From: Anthoceros angustus
Lineage: Eukaryota; Plantae; Anthocerotophyta
Direction: 5' to 3'
Assembly (NCBI GenBank): GCA_010909165.1
Contig: MU008158.1
Location: forward strand, 2,257,478-2,321,477
Length of the DNA: 64,000 nucleotides
A program made the translations under genes and the position numbers. Positions 62,069 to 64,000 of this stretch are shown in pieces. How positions within the stretch are numbered: the stretch's first letter is position 1; each line of letters begins with the position of its first letter. The notes under the pieces were generated by a model that was given only the letters and a program-made list of their open reading frames with translations, ran no database searches and had not been told where the DNA came from.

Positions 62069-63994
62069 CTACGCGCTTCTCCTTCGTTTAAGGACCGTAT
62101 TGGCATCATGCCCTTCTACATCAAGGACAGGTGCCTCAGGGCCAGCCCACTCAACGAGCTCACTCGGCTTTATGTCCTCAGATTCTTTCAGGTAGACTAC
62201 ATAATCAAGATCGAAACCTCTCTCCTTCATCCACTCATTTTTCTTAAGGAGTTCTTCCTCCTTCAACCGCAGCTGACGTACCAGGGTCTTGTTCAAAGTC
62301 TCTTTTGCCTCGATATTCCTTCTTCTTGCTTCATTGACCGCATTCTTTGCGGCAATGAGATCATCCTTCCGTTCAAGCTCCTCCCTGAGTGACTCCAGCT
62401 CCTGAGCCTGCTCGTCTATGAGAGAGTTTTTCCTCTGCAGTTCTTCCCTTGATGCACGAATTAAGGAAATGCTCTCGGCCACCTGCTCTTGAACAATGCA
62501 TATCACTGCACTCTCGTTCCCCAGCCTCCGCTTGGCAATCTCAAGCTGCTCACCCGTGGCTTCCAAATCCTCCTGTATAACCAGAGGAATATGTCTTCGA
62601 AGCTCCTGCTCAGCTGACTCAAGGCGCAGTTTTGTTTGCTCTTCCTGCACCTTCGTGCACTCAGCCGTTTTTGTCAAACTTGCCACCTCTGCATTGCGAA
62701 TTCGAATCATGATAGTCTTCATTTCAATGACTTCCTCCAAACCTTTGATCACTTCGCCCAGTGTTGCCTTGCGATCTTCAACAACATTCCAAGCTACGGA
62801 ACCCGTATTGTTCTCTCCAACATTGTGCGATCCTTCGGCATTGCAGAACGTTCTCATGAACTTGTGATATATTTCATCACCCCAATCCTCCCTTAGCCTC
62901 TGCAGCCGGGGGCTATCCCTTTCAGTGATCTTCTGCGATCAGAAAGAACCAGGCGATAAGAACCACCTTGAAGAGCTCAATAAAAGCAAAACAGAGAAAA
63001 CACATATCATCTCTCCAGACTTGAACAAGATACGTCCTGAGCAAAAGGTGATTTCTGTCGTGGAATACCAATGGGCCTCCGTGCAGGGCCTGGTCCTTCA
63101 CACCATGAACATCCAGCTGACTGACATCTCGGAAGGCAATTCCATTACAAGGTCCATACTCCTTGAGCGCTCTTGTGGCTACTTCCATATCCTACAATTC
63201 ATGCATGGAGTACGCAACAGATGCAGAGACAGATATTGCGTCAAAAGCGAAGAAGCATTATGCGCAGGCACTTCACTCACTTTGTCGGCTGAGCTCTTGC
63301 GACTGCAAAGAGACTCGCGGATTTCATTCACGTCGCTTATCAACGTAGTCACCAGCGTCGTCAACTCCGTGTTGACCATCATTTCCTGGCTTTCTGCTCT
63401 GCGACTCTACAGCCAAACAATTGAGCGCATGATTAACGCCTCACGACCCACAAATCTTCCAAGCCTGCATCCACCCCAACAAGCCACAAGACTCACTCCG
63501 AGAATCGCCATCTCCCGCTTCACCCGTTCCTCCACAAGCTCTTCAACCATGCCGGCCACAGTGCCCAGAGCCCCATACCGGGACAAGCCGAAATCAGCAT
63601 CGGCAGCTAGGTCTTGGGAGCTGGCCATCCAGCCGTACAGGGGCCATGAAGATAAAAAGTTGCAACAATCCGCCGGCACCTTCACATCTTCCTGGAGGCA
63701 TAGCGCTGCCCAATTGCGCCGACCTCGTCCCGCCTCCTCAAAGAATCTGTCGAAAGCTTGCACACTCAGGTAACCATGCATGTCGCGCCTGAACTGCACG
63801 AACCCTTGAAGGTAAGGCTTGCGGGCAGTCTTTCCAAATATGACAACATTCTGGGGAACAAACTCAGAAAAAAAATCTGTAATCCGTTCCCTGGCCACCT
63901 CCGGGTCCCAATGACCTGGTATGTTAGTGATAACTCCTGTCCACGGAACCACTACCAAATCTTCGACCTGCTTCCTGGGAGCTCGTGTGTCCAT
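62069..63994 (-). CDS. XS-domain coiled-coil RNA-silencing protein (IDN2/FDM/SGS3-related), may extend beyond the window
   Basis: VVPWTGVITNIP, VQFRRDMHG...FDRFF..GRGRRNW and LYGWMA..D, followed by coiled-coil exons. Confidence 0.78.
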
Positions 63995-64000
63995 CGTTCC

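Overview
Eukaryotic nuclear DNA from a land plant with a compact, gene-dense genome (introns mostly about 80-130 bp). A non-seed plant such as a hornwort is likely, but this is inference only. Positions 1-14.3 kb are a transposon island: a probable CACTA right end, a full-length 5.0-kb Ty1/copia element with 403-bp LTRs, PBS, PPT and 5-bp TSD nested in a decayed element, and several tandem repeats. Positions 14.3-64 kb hold about 17 protein genes: A20/AN1 SAP, a phytocyanin, DUF2301, a GT23/FUT8-like transferase, FKBP18, a DUF266/GT14-like transferase, a 1498-aa orphan coiled-coil/repeat ORF, an F-group bZIP, CPP1-like, PnsB1, cyanase (plus an inverted pseudogene copy), a small membrane protein, SDH6, CHMP7, an ARM-repeat protein, NdhN, a secreted beta-helix protein and an XS-domain protein. 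Most notable are the bacterial-looking beta-helix gene (HGT candidate), a miR408 site just after the phytocyanin stop, the inverted cyanase duplication, the orphan repeat ORF, and HSE-like motifs in a young copia LTR. Several 1-2 bp frameshifts look like assembly errors. Family assignments come from motif recognition, not database searches, and exon boundaries are approximate.
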